Positions 21,165-32,587 are shown, counted from the stretch's first letter. The stretch: DNA of 64,000 bases from Bdellovibrionota bacterium (GCA_050952645.1 JBMNLI010000010.1:192001-256000), one strand, 5' to 3'. Notes: generated by a model not told the origin, from the sequence alone. Made by a program: numbers and translations.

Positions 21165-22108
21165 TTTACCATTACTAAATAAATTAATATAAAAAATAAC
21201 AATATTAAGCCAAAGGTCAACATTATCCAAAATAAATTTTTCTCTATTTTAGCATAATTGATTTTTTCCTCTTCTTCTTCCTGCTCTAAATCTGATAAAG
21301 AAAGAGGCTCTATCTTTTCAAAAACATCTTTCCTTTCCGCCATTTTACGCTTAAGAACATCCGTCGCATCAAAATCACTATCTTCCCAAGATTTTAGGCT
21401 TTTTATAATTTGCTTTGCATTCTTATTTCTAGTTATCTGCTCTACATCAGCTTCCTTTTCCTTAGTAGGTCTCTCTTGACAAACATTTTCTTTATAAAAT
21501 AAAACGTAAATAATGTAATCATCGATTGCAATTATATCTTTCGATATAACACTTTCCCTATCTGAAATTTCTTTATCATTTACGTAAATAGGAAGTTCTT
21601 TAGAAATACTATACACTAAAACTTGTGATTGACGAGACTCTATCACACACGCAGGCTTTTTGCTAGCACTATTAGCATTAAGATTTAACTGTCCGCCAAT
21701 GCCACCTATAACTAAAGATTTGCCTAATTTGTTTAAAGGAAAATGAGTGATAAAATTATCTTTTTCAAAAACTGCAAGCACTCCAAATACACCATCGGGG
21801 ACGTAATTTACATCTTGGGAAAAACCTATCACAACATTTGCTAACTGCAAAAACGTAGGATATGAAGCGATTTGCCACTTATTAGGCGTTGCCACTTCCC
21901 CCTCTACCCAAGAACCATTAGTGCTTTCTAAATCTTTATACATTAAAAATTCTTCAAACACCATCAACTTTCCGTGTTCACGAGAAATGCCAGACTCATT
22001 TTTTATTATATCGACATCCCCTTCCCTGCCTAACGTGTAATTGCCGACTGCTATCTCTTTTTCATTAGCAATCTTGCCCTCTTCTATTAATGAAATTTTT
22101 ACACTCAT
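21161..22108 (-). CDS. FHA-domain protein with C-terminal membrane anchor
   Basis: LGRE...ISREHG...DLESTNGSWV FHA motif; a possible second degenerate FHA; C-terminal hydrophobic helix. Confidence 0.8.
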   Translation of the reverse strand: MSVKISLIEEGKIANEKEIAVGNYTLGREGDVDIIKNESGISREHGKLMVFEEFLMYKDLESTNGSWVEGEVATPNKWQIASYPTFLQLANVVIGFSQDVNYVPDGVFGVLAVFEKDNFITHFPLNKLGKSLVIGGIGGQLNLNANSASKKPACVIESRQSQVLVYSISKELPIYVNDKEISDRESVISKDIIAIDDYIIYVLFYKENVCQERPTKEKEADVEQITRNKNAKQIIKSLKSWEDSDFDATDVLKRKMAERKDVFEKIEPLSLSDLEQEEEEEKINYAKIEKNLFWIMLTFGLILLFFILIYLVMVK

Positions 22109-22223
22109 CTATTATTTCCTAATATTATTTCCTAATATTATTTCCAAATATTATTTTTAAAAGTATAATTTATATTTTATATTTTATACGATCATTTTAC
22201 ACAATCTTAATTTCAAAAAAAAC

Positions 22224-22814
22224 TTAATTTCCAAATAAATCTTCAAAAATCCTAGCCTTATTTTTTTCATCTCCTTTAGCAGTTTCTGCAACGCTTTGAA
22301 CACCACCAAAACGTCTCATAAAAGGCTCTTTAATATATTGCGAAAGCATATCGAAATATTCTTTTTCCCCTTTAGACATTTGCGAAGAGTTTTTTAAAGA
22401 ATAAGATAGCATCATAGAAATTTTAGTTGCGCTATCGTAAATTTTTTCATCTGATGCAAGCTTATTAAAAAGATTTATAGTAGTGTAAATTGCGGTAAGA
22501 CTAGGTTCTCTTTGCACACGATTTTTTTTCTTTGCCACCTCGCCCATTTGGCAAAATATTCTAGTCTTTAAGAAAAAATCATTACATAAACTACAAGGCG
22601 ATCTTCTATCAAAATTACTACTAGCTATTTCACTTACTCTCCATGCACGTCCATCTTTTTTAATCTCTTTACAAAACTGCTTTATTAGCTTTACATAACT
22701 TTTATCAAGCTTTTCTCTTTTAAAAAGTTTCGTATTATCTGCTTCAGCATAAGCGCCACTTACAAAAATAGCTTGCAAAAAAACTATAAAAACGGCAAAC
22801 GAAACGGCAAGCAA
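22224..22814 (-). CDS. Hypothetical secreted protein with CxxC
   Basis: Signal peptide ending AYA; PCSLC. Confidence 0.65.
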   Translation of the reverse strand: MLAVSFAVFIVFLQAIFVSGAYAEADNTKLFKREKLDKSYVKLIKQFCKEIKKDGRAWRVSEIASSNFDRRSPCSLCNDFFLKTRIFCQMGEVAKKKNRVQREPSLTAIYTTINLFNKLASDEKIYDSATKISMMLSYSLKNSSQMSKGEKEYFDMLSQYIKEPFMRRFGGVQSVAETAKGDEKNKARIFEDLFGN

Positions 22815-22934
22815 AAGAAAAGAAACATCACTATGCGTGCGATATGTTAATTGGATCTTATCCTTTATATTTTCTATTATATTTTCTACGTTCTCGCCTC
22901 TATTTAAAACTAATAAAAAATTTTTTAAACTTAC

Positions 22935-23705
22935 TTAAAAAATTATTTTTTTAGACTTTGCATTATAAAAATCTATCTTACTTAATTTTTTAGCTGCCAC
23001 TTTATCTGCTATAATTTTTACGTGTGGGTGCATTTGCAAAATCGACGCTGGGCACATAGCACTAATAGAACCTTCTACACAACCTAGCACTGCATCTTGC
23101 TTGCTTTCCCCAAAAGCAAGTAGCACTATCTCTTTTGCTTCCATAATAGTCGCTATTCCCATAGTTATCGCATAATATGGCACTAAGTCTAGCGCACCGA
23201 AATCCGAAGTGTTAGCCTCCCTAGTATCTTCCATAAGGGCCTCTAGTCTAGTTCTTGAAGCGAGCGAACACGATGGCTCATTAAAACCTATATGAGCATC
23301 CCTTCCTATACCTAAAATTTGGATATCTACTCCACCTAATTTTTTTATTTTTTCTTCATACTCAGTGCATTCCTTTACTACATCTTCTGCCATACCATTT
23401 GGAATATTCGTATTTTCCTGCTTTATATTTACTTTTGAAAAAAGATGATGATTCATATAATAATGGTACGAGCCTTTATTCGTAGGAGGAACTTGGTAGT
23501 ATTCATCTAAGTTAAAAGTTTTTACATTTGAAAAATCTAACCCCTCTTCTTTATGTAGCCTTGCGAGCTCTTCATATAATGGAATTGGCGTTTTTCCCGT
23601 AGCAAGACCTAAAACCGCATCGTTTTTTCTCTTTATAAAATTAGAGATTATTTTAGCACCTAAATTACATCCCACTATATTATCATCAACTATTATTACG
23701 TCCAT
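22935..23705 (-). CDS. nagB: Glucosamine-6-phosphate deaminase
   Basis: VLGLATGKTP, TFNLDEY, LGIGRDAHIGFNEP, ITMGIATI, CPASILQMH. Confidence 0.95.
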   Translation of the reverse strand: MDVIIVDDNIVGCNLGAKIISNFIKRKNDAVLGLATGKTPIPLYEELARLHKEEGLDFSNVKTFNLDEYYQVPPTNKGSYHYYMNHHLFSKVNIKQENTNIPNGMAEDVVKECTEYEEKIKKLGGVDIQILGIGRDAHIGFNEPSCSLASRTRLEALMEDTREANTSDFGALDLVPYYAITMGIATIMEAKEIVLLAFGESKQDAVLGCVEGSISAMCPASILQMHPHVKIIADKVAAKKLSKIDFYNAKSKKIIF

Positions 23706-23758
23706 TTTAAAGCACCTTTTAAAAAATATTTTTTATTCGTTAATTTTTTAAACTAAAT

Positions 23759-24601
23759 TTACCAAGGCATTTTAACTATATTATCTCTTACTTCACTAGA
23801 AAAATTATTTAAAATTTTATCTACATAATCCTTAGTAGATATCTCTTTTAGTGCAACACTCGTTAAGTCTAAAAAGCAAGATACGTAATTGCTTTTATCT
23901 AGAGAATACGGGTCTGCATAAGTAGAGTTTGCCTGAAGTCTAGCGATGGCCGCCTTATCATACCTTTTGCCACTAGCTATCTGTGATTGGTAAGTTCCAA
24001 GTAAAATTTCTAATAAAGTAATATCATTGCCGATAGAAGCATTTTCCTTTATACCATCTGGAATCCAATCTAAATCTCTCCAACACTCACCACCTAAAAC
24101 TTTCGCTGGTTTATATTGGTCGCTTATATTATGCAAGGCTTTCATCGTTGCACAATATACCGCTAAGTGCGTTTTATGTTTATCAAATGGGTTGTGAGTA
24201 TAAATCTTTTTAGGGCGATATTTTAAAATCACCTGCTCGATATCTTTTGAAAGAAAATCGTTAGTTTCCTTAGCCATAGCTTCCCTGCTCGTGTAGCCTA
24301 GCTGTATTAGAAATGCGTAATCTCCAAGCTTTGCTGCATTTCTTTCTTCTTGTTTTCTACACTCTATCATTTCCTCTCTAGTATAACTCGCATAAGGACC
24401 CGAACTCGGGGAGCCTGCTCCATCCGTGCAAGTGATAGCTCCAAATTTTTTATCTGAATGGTAAGCTTCTAATATGGGCGGAAAGGACATTATCTCGATA
24501 TCATCTTGATGAGCACCAATGGCTAAAAAATCGACATCTATTATATCTTGCTCATTATTTTTAGGAAAAAAAACATCTACATTACTATTATGGAATTTCA
24601 T
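23759..24601 (-). CDS. PIG-L/LmbE family N-acetylhexosamine deacetylase
   Basis: AHQDDIE, TDG, R..EE..AA, THNPFDKHKTH. Confidence 0.85.
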   Translation of the reverse strand: MKFHNSNVDVFFPKNNEQDIIDVDFLAIGAHQDDIEIMSFPPILEAYHSDKKFGAITCTDGAGSPSSGPYASYTREEMIECRKQEERNAAKLGDYAFLIQLGYTSREAMAKETNDFLSKDIEQVILKYRPKKIYTHNPFDKHKTHLAVYCATMKALHNISDQYKPAKVLGGECWRDLDWIPDGIKENASIGNDITLLEILLGTYQSQIASGKRYDKAAIARLQANSTYADPYSLDKSNYVSCFLDLTSVALKEISTKDYVDKILNNFSSEVRDNIVKMPW

Positions 24602-24705
24602 AACTACACCTTTAAATTATAAAATATAAAAATATATATAATAATTTAATAGATTATTTAAATTATGTAAAGATGCTTTAAAATACTTTAAATTATAAAC
24701 TCTAA

Positions 24706-25533
24706 TTATAAACTCTTAATATCGATAGAACTTATGATTTTTAAAAACGTATCTTCCCACTGCTCGGACATTTTGAAAACCTCTTCTTTTGATTTGTCGT
24801 TTATCACGCCACAGCTAAGAAAAACCACCTTATCTTCTTTAAATGGAAAGCTTGCACCAGTATTAACGCCATATTTTTTCTCACCGCTACTTTTTTTCTC
24901 TAGCATTCTAAAAAAAGTGAGTTCTATGCCCTTATGGCCGTTATAATGGACTATTTTATAATCTAAAGCCTTATGAGTTTCTTTTTCGTACCAAAACTCT
25001 TCAGTTTTGTTCATTTCTGAAAATAATTTATCTTTATCTTTATCCGTTGCTGCAAGCATTTCTAAGTTGTGCTTCTTTGTAGATTCTTGAACAGATAAAC
25101 TACAGAAAACGTCTATATTAGAAGAAATAGCAAGGGAAGATGGAAAAAAATTAATTTCTACTAGATAAGGCTTCTTTTTGTCTTTTTTATTGTCTTTACT
25201 ACCGCCTTTATCGTCATCATAGCTATCGAAATCTTCTATATAAGATGCATACTCTGAGGCTTGCCAAACGGTTGGGATTTGCAATTTTACATCTATTCCA
25301 AGTATGTCTTTTGCTTTATCCGACAAGGAATAAGTTTTATAAACATACTCCTTAGTAGGTGTAGAAACAGTTTTAGTAGCATCTTTTTTAGCATCTTTTT
25401 TAGTAATATCTTTATCGTCTTTAGCAAATGCAATACTAATAGAAATAAATGCCATAAATATAAATATGGTAATAGTAAGAAACCAAGGTTTCATCGAAAC
25501 TAGCAAAGTAGAGTTTTTATTAAATATTTTCAT
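24706..25533 (-). CDS. Hypothetical secreted/periplasmic protein
   Basis: 275-aa ORF with signal peptide ending AFA. Confidence 0.7.
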   Translation of the reverse strand: MKIFNKNSTLLVSMKPWFLTITIFIFMAFISISIAFAKDDKDITKKDAKKDATKTVSTPTKEYVYKTYSLSDKAKDILGIDVKLQIPTVWQASEYASYIEDFDSYDDDKGGSKDNKKDKKKPYLVEINFFPSSLAISSNIDVFCSLSVQESTKKHNLEMLAATDKDKDKLFSEMNKTEEFWYEKETHKALDYKIVHYNGHKGIELTFFRMLEKKSSGEKKYGVNTGASFPFKEDKVVFLSCGVINDKSKEEVFKMSEQWEDTFLKIISSIDIKSL

Positions 25534-25682
25534 ACTAAAAAAATTATCAAATACTTATCTTTTTGTCTATAATATTTTACCTATAATATTTTACCTATAA
25601 TATTTTACCTGTGATATTTTACTTGTGATACTAAAAAATTACGCACTAAAGCTTTACACACTAAAGCTTAAAGTTATATAAT

Positions 25683-26285
25683 TTAAGATTGCTTAAAAAC
25701 CTTTCCAAGCGTTCCTTTAGCTAGGCTATAAGGAACGTCTACGACTTGCCAAGCATTGTTTTCATTTTTTTCTACCGTATAACTTTTACTATCGCTTTCA
25801 CTAAAATAGATGGTAAATTTTACCTTATCTTTTCTAATGTATTCTTTAGTTAGCTTAGTGCTTCTAAGCGATTTAGTAATGAAAAACTGCATTAACTCGC
25901 ATCTTGAAATATTTTGTAAAGCTTTATTGCCATATTTAAGTTCACTTTGAACGACATTTTCAAACTCTTTTCTTGCTATATCTCTAATTTCACTTGCGAC
26001 CTTGTCTGCGAGTGTTAGGATAAAGCTCTTTTCTTCTTTATTCGCTATCTTATTATCGTCTATTTTTTTCTCTTCTTTCTCTTTTTTCTCTTTTTTCTCT
26101 CCTAGGCTTCCTAATTTATTTTCTACAATTTTTTCAAGATTAATACTTAAAGAGGCTTTAGCTAAATTACCATTTTTTATATCTTTACATAAATTATAAG
26201 CAAACAGCTCTGGCGACTTTATTGTGCAAACGCGTAAATAGCATAGAAAGACTACAACTAGTAAATAAAAAATTTTCTTTAAGCA
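25683..26285 (-). CDS. Membrane-anchored hypothetical protein (DUF2939-like); start codon uncertain
   Basis: The frame of the 69-aa ORF is open ~130 codons further upstream (KKIFYLLVVVFL...SPELFAYNLCKDIKNGN) with no canonical in-frame start; a TTG lies one base out of frame. Confidence 0.55.
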   Translation of the reverse strand, partial: CLKKIFYLLVVVFLCYLRVCTIKSPELFAYNLCKDIKNGNLAKASLSINLEKIVENKLGSLGEKKEKKEKEEKKIDDNKIANKEEKSFILTLADKVASEIRDIARKEFENVVQSELKYGNKALQNISRCELMQFFITKSLRSTKLTKEYIRKDKVKFTIYFSESDSKSYTVEKNENNAWQVVDVPYSLAKGTLGKVFKQS

Positions 26286-26416
26286 AGCAATTAGATAAGC
26301 AAATAGATAAGCAAATAGATAAGCTTAATAAAAAATAAGCCTAATAAATAAACTTAAATTTAAATATTAAAAATAAGATTAAATCTTTAATGCAAGGATT
26401 AAAATGAATAAAAAAA

Positions 26417-26501
26417 TGCCGGGGGCGGGAATCGAACCCGCACGGGATAAAATCCCACAGGATTTTAAGTCCTGTGTGTCTACCTATTCCACCACCTCGG
26501 C
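26417..26501 (-). tRNA. tRNA-Leu(TAA)
   Basis: GCCGAGG...CAGGA-CTTAAAA-TCCTG, long variable arm, GGTTCGATTCC; no encoded CCA. Confidence 0.95.
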
Positions 26502-26610
26502 AAATTATGTCGACGATTATATAAAAAGAATAAAGAAAAATCAATATTAAGAAATTATGTTTTTTAGGAGGGCTTCCCTCTTTATCTATCTTCTTTACCT
26601 ATCTTCCTTT

Positions 26611-28479
26611 TTAATACCATTTTTTAACATCACATTCAATATCTTCTTTTATATCTTCTTTTATATCTTCTTTTATATCTTCTTTTACATCTTCTTTAAT
26701 ATCACTTTTATCTATAATTAAATGAAGTTCTTTTAATTGCGTCTTAGTTGGCTCTGAAGGAGCACCCATCATTAAGTCTTCAGCAGTTTGAGAAAGTGGA
26801 AACATTATTACATCTCGCACAGTTTCAACATTAGCAAGTAGCATTATAACTCTATCTATCCCAAAAGCCATTCCACCGTGAGGAGGAGCTCCATATCTAA
26901 AGGCTTTACACAAAGAAGAAAAACGTTGCTCTACTACTTCTTTATCGTATCCTACAACCTTAAAAGCCTTACAAAGCGACTCAAAATTATGGTTTCTTAT
27001 AGCACCACTTGCAAGCTCATTTCCATTTAAAACCAAGTCGAATTGATACGCTAAAATATCGTAAATATTTTCCCTTTCAAAATCCTTTTCTCCTCCTTTT
27101 GGCATAGAAAATGGATTATGGCAAAACTCTGGCTTTAAAGTCTCTTCATTTTCCTCATAAAGTGGAAAATCTACTACCCAGCAAAACTTGTATGTGTTTT
27201 TTTCTATTTTATCAAAATCTTTAGCTAGTTTTAATCTTAAATTTCCCATATATTTTAAAACTTGCTTTTTTGTTCCCATTGCAATAAACACTAGCGAAAC
27301 ATCGCTATTTTTAATCTCGCAAAGTTCCTTTATCTTACATGCTTCACGCTCGCTTACGACCTTGCTTAAACTTCCTTTCATTTCGCCACCTTGAAACGTA
27401 AGATATGAAAGTTTTTGACCTTTAGAAATTTTATCAAAATAAGCTAAAATCTCATCAAACATTTTTCTTGATGGACAGGTTTTTACATTAAACTCTAATG
27501 CTATAATTTCTAGATTATTTTTTACTCCGTCTGCAAAAATTTTAAACTCGCTATCTTCAAAAACGCTCGTTATATTTTTAAGTTTATTTTTAATTCTTAA
27601 ATCTGGTTTATCTGTGCCATAATCTCTTAAAGCATCTTTATAAGAAATCTTTGGAAACTCTGGTTTTGTAGTTTCATAATTAGAAAACTTAGAGAAAATC
27701 TCGTATGCTACTTTCTCACCTACTCTAAATATATCTTCCTGCTCACAAAATGCCATTTCTAAATCGAGCTGATAAAACTCCCCTGGCGACCTATCTGCCC
27801 GAGGGTCTTCATCTCTAAAGCAAGGTGCTATTTGAAAATAATTATCAAACCCAGAAACTACAATAAGCTCTTTAAAAATTTGTGGAGCTTGAGGTAGTGC
27901 GTAAAATTTCCCTGCGTGTAGTCTAGAGGGAACTAAGAAATCTCTTGCTCCTTCGGGAGATGAGCTAGTTAAAATAGGAGTGTGAAACTCTGTAAAACCT
28001 AAATCCCACATAATATCACGCATTTTTTTAGTAACGTAAGAACGCATTTTAATAATTTTTCTTACGCTCTCTTTCCTAAGTTCTAAAAATCTATACTCTA
28101 GTCTTATATTTTCTGGGGCGTTATCCTCCTTAGAAACTGTAAAAGGTAGCACATCACAAGCACTTAAAACCTTAAAACTTTCAACGCTTATTTCTATCTC
28201 ACCCGTTGCTCTTTCTTTATTAACGAGTTCACCCCTTGAAGCCACCACGCCTTTTACGTGAATAACCGCCTCTACTCTTACCTCGCAAATCTTTTCAATT
28301 AGTTCGTCGCTAAAAACTAATTGCGTAATGCCATAATCATCTCTTAAGTCTACGAAAACTAAATGGCCTAAATTTCTTAAACTATCTATCCAACCAGATA
28401 GTAAAACTTTCTCACCTATATTTTCTTTTCTTAATTCGCCGCAAGTGTGTGTTCTATATTTATTTTTAACGAAAGTCAT
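26611..28479 (-). CDS. aspS: Aspartate--tRNA ligase
   Basis: YRTHTCGEL, PEGARDFLVP, APCFRDED, APPHGGMAFGIDR; C-terminal EDIK repeats. Confidence 0.96.
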   Translation of the reverse strand: MTFVKNKYRTHTCGELRKENIGEKVLLSGWIDSLRNLGHLVFVDLRDDYGITQLVFSDELIEKICEVRVEAVIHVKGVVASRGELVNKERATGEIEISVESFKVLSACDVLPFTVSKEDNAPENIRLEYRFLELRKESVRKIIKMRSYVTKKMRDIMWDLGFTEFHTPILTSSSPEGARDFLVPSRLHAGKFYALPQAPQIFKELIVVSGFDNYFQIAPCFRDEDPRADRSPGEFYQLDLEMAFCEQEDIFRVGEKVAYEIFSKFSNYETTKPEFPKISYKDALRDYGTDKPDLRIKNKLKNITSVFEDSEFKIFADGVKNNLEIIALEFNVKTCPSRKMFDEILAYFDKISKGQKLSYLTFQGGEMKGSLSKVVSEREACKIKELCEIKNSDVSLVFIAMGTKKQVLKYMGNLRLKLAKDFDKIEKNTYKFCWVVDFPLYEENEETLKPEFCHNPFSMPKGGEKDFERENIYDILAYQFDLVLNGNELASGAIRNHNFESLCKAFKVVGYDKEVVEQRFSSLCKAFRYGAPPHGGMAFGIDRVIMLLANVETVRDVIMFPLSQTAEDLMMGAPSEPTKTQLKELHLIIDKSDIKEDVKEDIKEDIKEDIKEDIECDVKKWY

Positions 28480-28518
28480 TTTATATAATTTCCCTTAAGT
28501 CTTTTTTAAAATATTTTA

Positions 28519-29616
28519 TTATTTATCGATAAATTTTAGCACTTCATCTTTAATTTTTGAAGAGCCATCTAATATGACTCCACTAAATTTTGTATTAACT
28601 ATTTTTTCATAATATTCTTTATTAGATAATTTAATTATAATATCTTTTAACTTTTCTATGAACTCTTCATCGTCTTGTTTTACGATAAAAGCTTTATTAG
28701 CATCTGCTAAAAACATAGCGTTAGGGAGTTGGTGATTTCCAGCCCCAGGAAGTGGAATAAAAATAGCAGGCTTATTTACCGCTAAAACTTCCATCACACT
28801 AGATGCTCCTGCACGTGAAATAATAATATCGGCAAACTTATAGGCCTCTACCATATCATCTATAAAGCCTACGATTTTTCCTTTAAAGTCGAGTTTTTTA
28901 TATTCTTCTTTTATATCTTCTAGCGATTCTTTTCTACATTGATGATAAATAATAAAATTATTTTCTTTAAAAAATGGGATTAGTTCTAAAACCGTTTCAT
29001 CTAATTTTTTTGCACCTTGGGAACCACCTAAGATTAAAATATTTTTTATTTCATCTCTTATTTTAAAATCTCTTAACTCTAAAAGACCTTTTTTAAGAGT
29101 ATGGCCAGTATATACGGCTTTTTTAGATTTTCTTAATTCGCAATTAGGAAAAGCCACCATTACTACGTTTGCTATTTTTGAAAGCACTTTATTGCTTATC
29201 CCAGGGGATAAATCGAGTTCATATATAAATGTAGGCACTCCTTTTAATCTTCCTATTAAAACTGGCAAAAATGATACGTAGCCCCCGACGCCTATTACTA
29301 TATTTGGCTTATACTCTTTAAATATTTTTATCATTTGAAAAATCGCTTTAGGAAGCATTTTTAAAAATTTTAAAAAGCCTTTTATCCCTAGATTTCTAAT
29401 GCCTACTATTTCAACAACTTTTCTATTAAAACCAAAATCGTCTATCAATTTTTTTTCTAACGGGCGTCCTGCTCCTATGAATAAAATTTCTAGATTTTCT
29501 ATATTATTTTTTAACTCTTCTGCGATAATTCTTGCGGGGAATAAATGGCCTCCAGTGCCACTAGCCGCTATAATTACTTTCGTTATTTTTTTTGTATTTG
29601 AGATATCTCTTGACAT
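28519..29616 (-). CDS. murG: Undecaprenyl-PP-MurNAc-pentapeptide GlcNAc transferase
   Basis: SGTGGHLFP, GVGGYVS, GGSQGA, SRAGASS, HQLPNA. Confidence 0.93.
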   Translation of the reverse strand: MSRDISNTKKITKVIIAASGTGGHLFPARIIAEELKNNIENLEILFIGAGRPLEKKLIDDFGFNRKVVEIVGIRNLGIKGFLKFLKMLPKAIFQMIKIFKEYKPNIVIGVGGYVSFLPVLIGRLKGVPTFIYELDLSPGISNKVLSKIANVVMVAFPNCELRKSKKAVYTGHTLKKGLLELRDFKIRDEIKNILILGGSQGAKKLDETVLELIPFFKENNFIIYHQCRKESLEDIKEEYKKLDFKGKIVGFIDDMVEAYKFADIIISRAGASSVMEVLAVNKPAIFIPLPGAGNHQLPNAMFLADANKAFIVKQDDEEFIEKLKDIIIKLSNKEYYEKIVNTKFSGVILDGSSKIKDEVLKFIDK

Positions 29617-29638
29617 ATGAAAAACACGTTTGAAAGAA

Positions 29639-29711
<73 letters not shown>

Positions 29712-29753
29712 ATAAAAACTTTTTTATTTAAGCTTAGCTTAAAAAATTTAAAT

Positions 29754-29826
29754 AGCCTACAACGGGAATTGAACCCATAACCCCTTCATTACGAATGAAG
29801 TGCTCTACCAATTGAGCTATGTAGGC
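29754..29826 (-). tRNA. tRNA-Thr(CGT)
   Basis: GCCTACATAGCTCAATTGGTAGAGC, anticodon arm CTTCA-TTCGTAA-TGAAG, GGTTCAATTCC. Confidence 0.93.
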
Positions 29827-30009
29827 CTAAGCTAAAAATAAATAAAAAAAATAAATAAAATAAAAAACTATAAATATAAATTAAAAAAATATATATATAA
29901 ATATATGTATATAAATATATAAAGAACAATAAATACAATATATTTATTTAATAATATTTATTTAATAATATTTATTTAATAATATTTATCTAAATATTAA
30001 CTAGATATC

Positions 30010-30051
30010 AAAAAAGCTTCAATACACAATAAAGATACTGAAGCTTTTTTT
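30010..30051. terminator. Intrinsic terminator after rplM-rpsI
   Basis: AAAAAAGCTTCA...TGAAGCTTTTTTT. Confidence 0.7.
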
Positions 30052-30089
30052 ATAATAGTCTATACCATAAAATATATTTACGATGCGGA

Positions 30090-30485
30090 CTAACGTTTAG
30101 AAAATTGAGGACGTTTTCTAGCTTTATGTCTACCGTATTTTTTACGTTCTACCTCTCTTGCATCTCTAGTAAGGTATCCTTCTTTTTTAACCGCAGGGCG
30201 CAACTCTTCTTCCATCATAACTAGAGCTCTTGCGATACCGTGTCTTACAGCGCCAGCTTGTCCCGACTTTCCACCACCTTTTACGTTAACTAAAACATCA
30301 TATTTTTCTAGAGTATTAGTTAAAACTAAAGGTTGTTTTAAAATCATTTGCAGGGTTTCTCTCGGGAAATATTCGACTAATGGCATTCTATTAACTATGA
30401 TATTTCCGTTCCCGTTTCTTAAATATACTATAGCAACGGAGGTCTTTCTTTTTCCTACTGCTTGAATTCCTTCACCTTTGATCAT
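30090..30485 (-). CDS. rpsI: 30S ribosomal protein S9
   Basis: [30 protein letters not shown]...PQFSKR. Confidence 0.98.
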   Translation of the reverse strand: MIKGEGIQAVGKRKTSVAIVYLRNGNGNIIVNRMPLVEYFPRETLQMILKQPLVLTNTLEKYDVLVNVKGGGKSGQAGAVRHGIARALVMMEEELRPAVKKEGYLTRDAREVERKKYGRHKARKRPQFSKR

Positions 30486-30514
30486 TTTTTAATTTTCCTT
30501 AAAAATAATTAAAT

Positions 30515-30973
30515 TTAATTTGAAACTTTCGCGCTTTTTACCACATACGTTTTAGGATTTTGAGCTATATGAGGATAATTAGCATCTTTATAAACTTTTA
30601 GTTTAGTCATAAGCTTACGACCAAGAGGACCTTTAGTTAGCATACCCTTAACTGCGCTAGTAATAATTCTTTCAGGGGTTTTTTCGAGCATTTTACTAGC
30701 GGTTTGTGATTTAATTCCCCCAACGTAGCCAGTGTAGCGATAGTAATTTTTATCTTGAAGTTTATTGCCAGTTAATTTTACTTTACTTGCGTTTATTACG
30801 ATAACGAAATCACCGCAATCAACGTGAGGGGTATAAGTAGGTTTGTGTTTTCCTCTAATTAAGGTAGCCACTTCAGAAGCTAATCTTCCAACGGGGATAT
30901 CCGTTGCATCTACTACATACCACTCTCTATTTTTCAAAGCTTCTTCTTTACTTAAAGATTTAGTCGTTTTCAT
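30515..30973 (-). CDS. rplM: 50S ribosomal protein L13
   Basis: [26 protein letters not shown]. Confidence 0.98.
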   Translation of the reverse strand: MKTTKSLSKEEALKNREWYVVDATDIPVGRLASEVATLIRGKHKPTYTPHVDCGDFVIVINASKVKLTGNKLQDKNYYRYTGYVGGIKSQTASKMLEKTPERIITSAVKGMLTKGPLGRKLMTKLKVYKDANYPHIAQNPKTYVVKSAKVSN

Positions 30974-31209
30974 TTAGAGTAATCTTCCAAAAAAAATAAA
31001 TATCAAATTTTAAAAATAATAATAAATAAAAAATCTTAAACTTAATAATTTTAATTTACTTAAATAATTTACATTTAAATAACTTACACTTAAATAACTT
31101 ACATAGTAATTTATTTTATATAGATCTTTATCGCAGAGTAAGACTATAAACTAAAAAGCAATAATACTCAAGGACATCGAAAGAAATTTTTTTTCCTAGA
31201 ATTTTTAAA

Positions 31210-31283
31210 TGGCTATAAGTGGGCTTGAACCACTGACCTCGGAATTATGAGTTCCGCGCTCTAGCCAGCTGAGCTATATAGCC
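31210..31283 (-). tRNA. tRNA with CAT anticodon (elongator Met, or Ile2)
   Basis: GGCTATATAGCTCAGCTGGCTAGAGC, CGGAA-CTCATAA-TTCCG; paired position 1 and no GGG/CCC stem, so not initiator. Confidence 0.9.
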
Positions 31284-31573
31284 AAAATTTCCATAGCAAT
31301 AGTTTTAAAGAACTAAAAATTGCTTTGTTATTCTCACAGTATTTTTAATAAAAATCAAGACTTATAAATAAAAAAATTATTAGCCCCGATAGGTTAGCAA
31401 GGCGAGCCTTCAAAGTTTAAAAAGCTAAAAGTTATTTATCTTGCCTAAAATAATGCAAGATGATAGAAATATTTAGTAAATATAAATCAATCTCTGCAAA
31501 GGATTCTCTTTAAAAGGATTTTTAAAAGATATAAACAAGAAATAATAAGAAATAAATAAGATAGGTTTCAGTT

Positions 31574-32587
31574 ATGGCAGTAACGATATTTTTTTTTAAA
31601 CAAGATAGCACTTTTGAGGTTTCAAATAAAATTTCTAGTCTTTCAAATATGAAAGCCGATTACTATTGGGTAAACGTTCAGATAGAAGACACGGCAGAGC
31701 TTCCTCAAATTGCAAAGTTTTTCAAACTCCACGAATTATCTGTCGAAGACTGTATGACGCCTCGCCACTTTCCAAAGATTGAAGATCATGGAGCGTATAT
31801 TTTCGCTATATTTAGAGGATTAAAATCAAAACTAGATATTTGGGAAGATTTAGTAAAGTATGAAGATATAACTCGTGAAACAGAGGAAGAAAATTTAACT
31901 CACAAGCTTGCTTTATATTATTCTAAGAGTTTTTTAATAAGCGTGCAGACTATCCAAATTCCTTGGCTTGAGGCTCTTATAAGGCAGATAAAATCTCAAG
32001 ATAGCATCACATCTCAATTTACCCCTCCCCTTTATCTATTTTACAGACTAGTCGATGTGCTAGTAGATAGGTTTTCAAGAGGACTATCGGAATTTAATGA
32101 GGCTATCGATACGCTTGAAGATTTAGCTATTGAAGAAACTGAGGATTTTAAAATATCCTATATTTTACAGATAAAAAGGAAGCTTACTTATTTAAGACAG
32201 ATAAGTAAAGACCAAGAACTAGTTGCGCAAAAAATTGAATACACTACCGATATTACGCTAGATCATTCAATGAAAAAATATTTTAGAGATATTAGAGACC
32301 ACACAATCGATATTTCTAAAACCATAGATAAGCAAATTTCAGACGTGCTATCTATTCGAGATGCCTACTTAGCGTTAGTAAATGTAAAGTTAGGCGATAT
32401 TATGCGAATTTTAGCCATTATTACTACTATCGCCGTGCCACTAAATGTTATCGTTGGACTTTATGGAATGAACTTTGAGGTTATTCCACTACTACACAAC
32501 GAGTCTGGCTTTTGGATAGTATCGGTTTCGATGGTTATAATTTGTGTTTTAATGCTTTTATTTTTTAAAAAGGAGCGTTGGCTATAA
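31574..32587 (+). CDS. corA: CorA family Mg2+/Co2+ transporter
   Basis: LHELSVED, PKIE, YGMNF signature, two C-terminal TM helices. Confidence 0.92.
   Translation: MAVTIFFFKQDSTFEVSNKISSLSNMKADYYWVNVQIEDTAELPQIAKFFKLHELSVEDCMTPRHFPKIEDHGAYIFAIFRGLKSKLDIWEDLVKYEDITRETEEENLTHKLALYYSKSFLISVQTIQIPWLEALIRQIKSQDSITSQFTPPLYLFYRLVDVLVDRFSRGLSEFNEAIDTLEDLAIEETEDFKISYILQIKRKLTYLRQISKDQELVAQKIEYTTDITLDHSMKKYFRDIRDHTIDISKTIDKQISDVLSIRDAYLALVNVKLGDIMRILAIITTIAVPLNVIVGLYGMNFEVIPLLHNESGFWIVSVSMVIICVLMLLFFKKERWL

Noticed and set aside
26341..26544. 67-aa ORF
   Set aside because: Overlaps tRNA-Leu on the same strand; spurious
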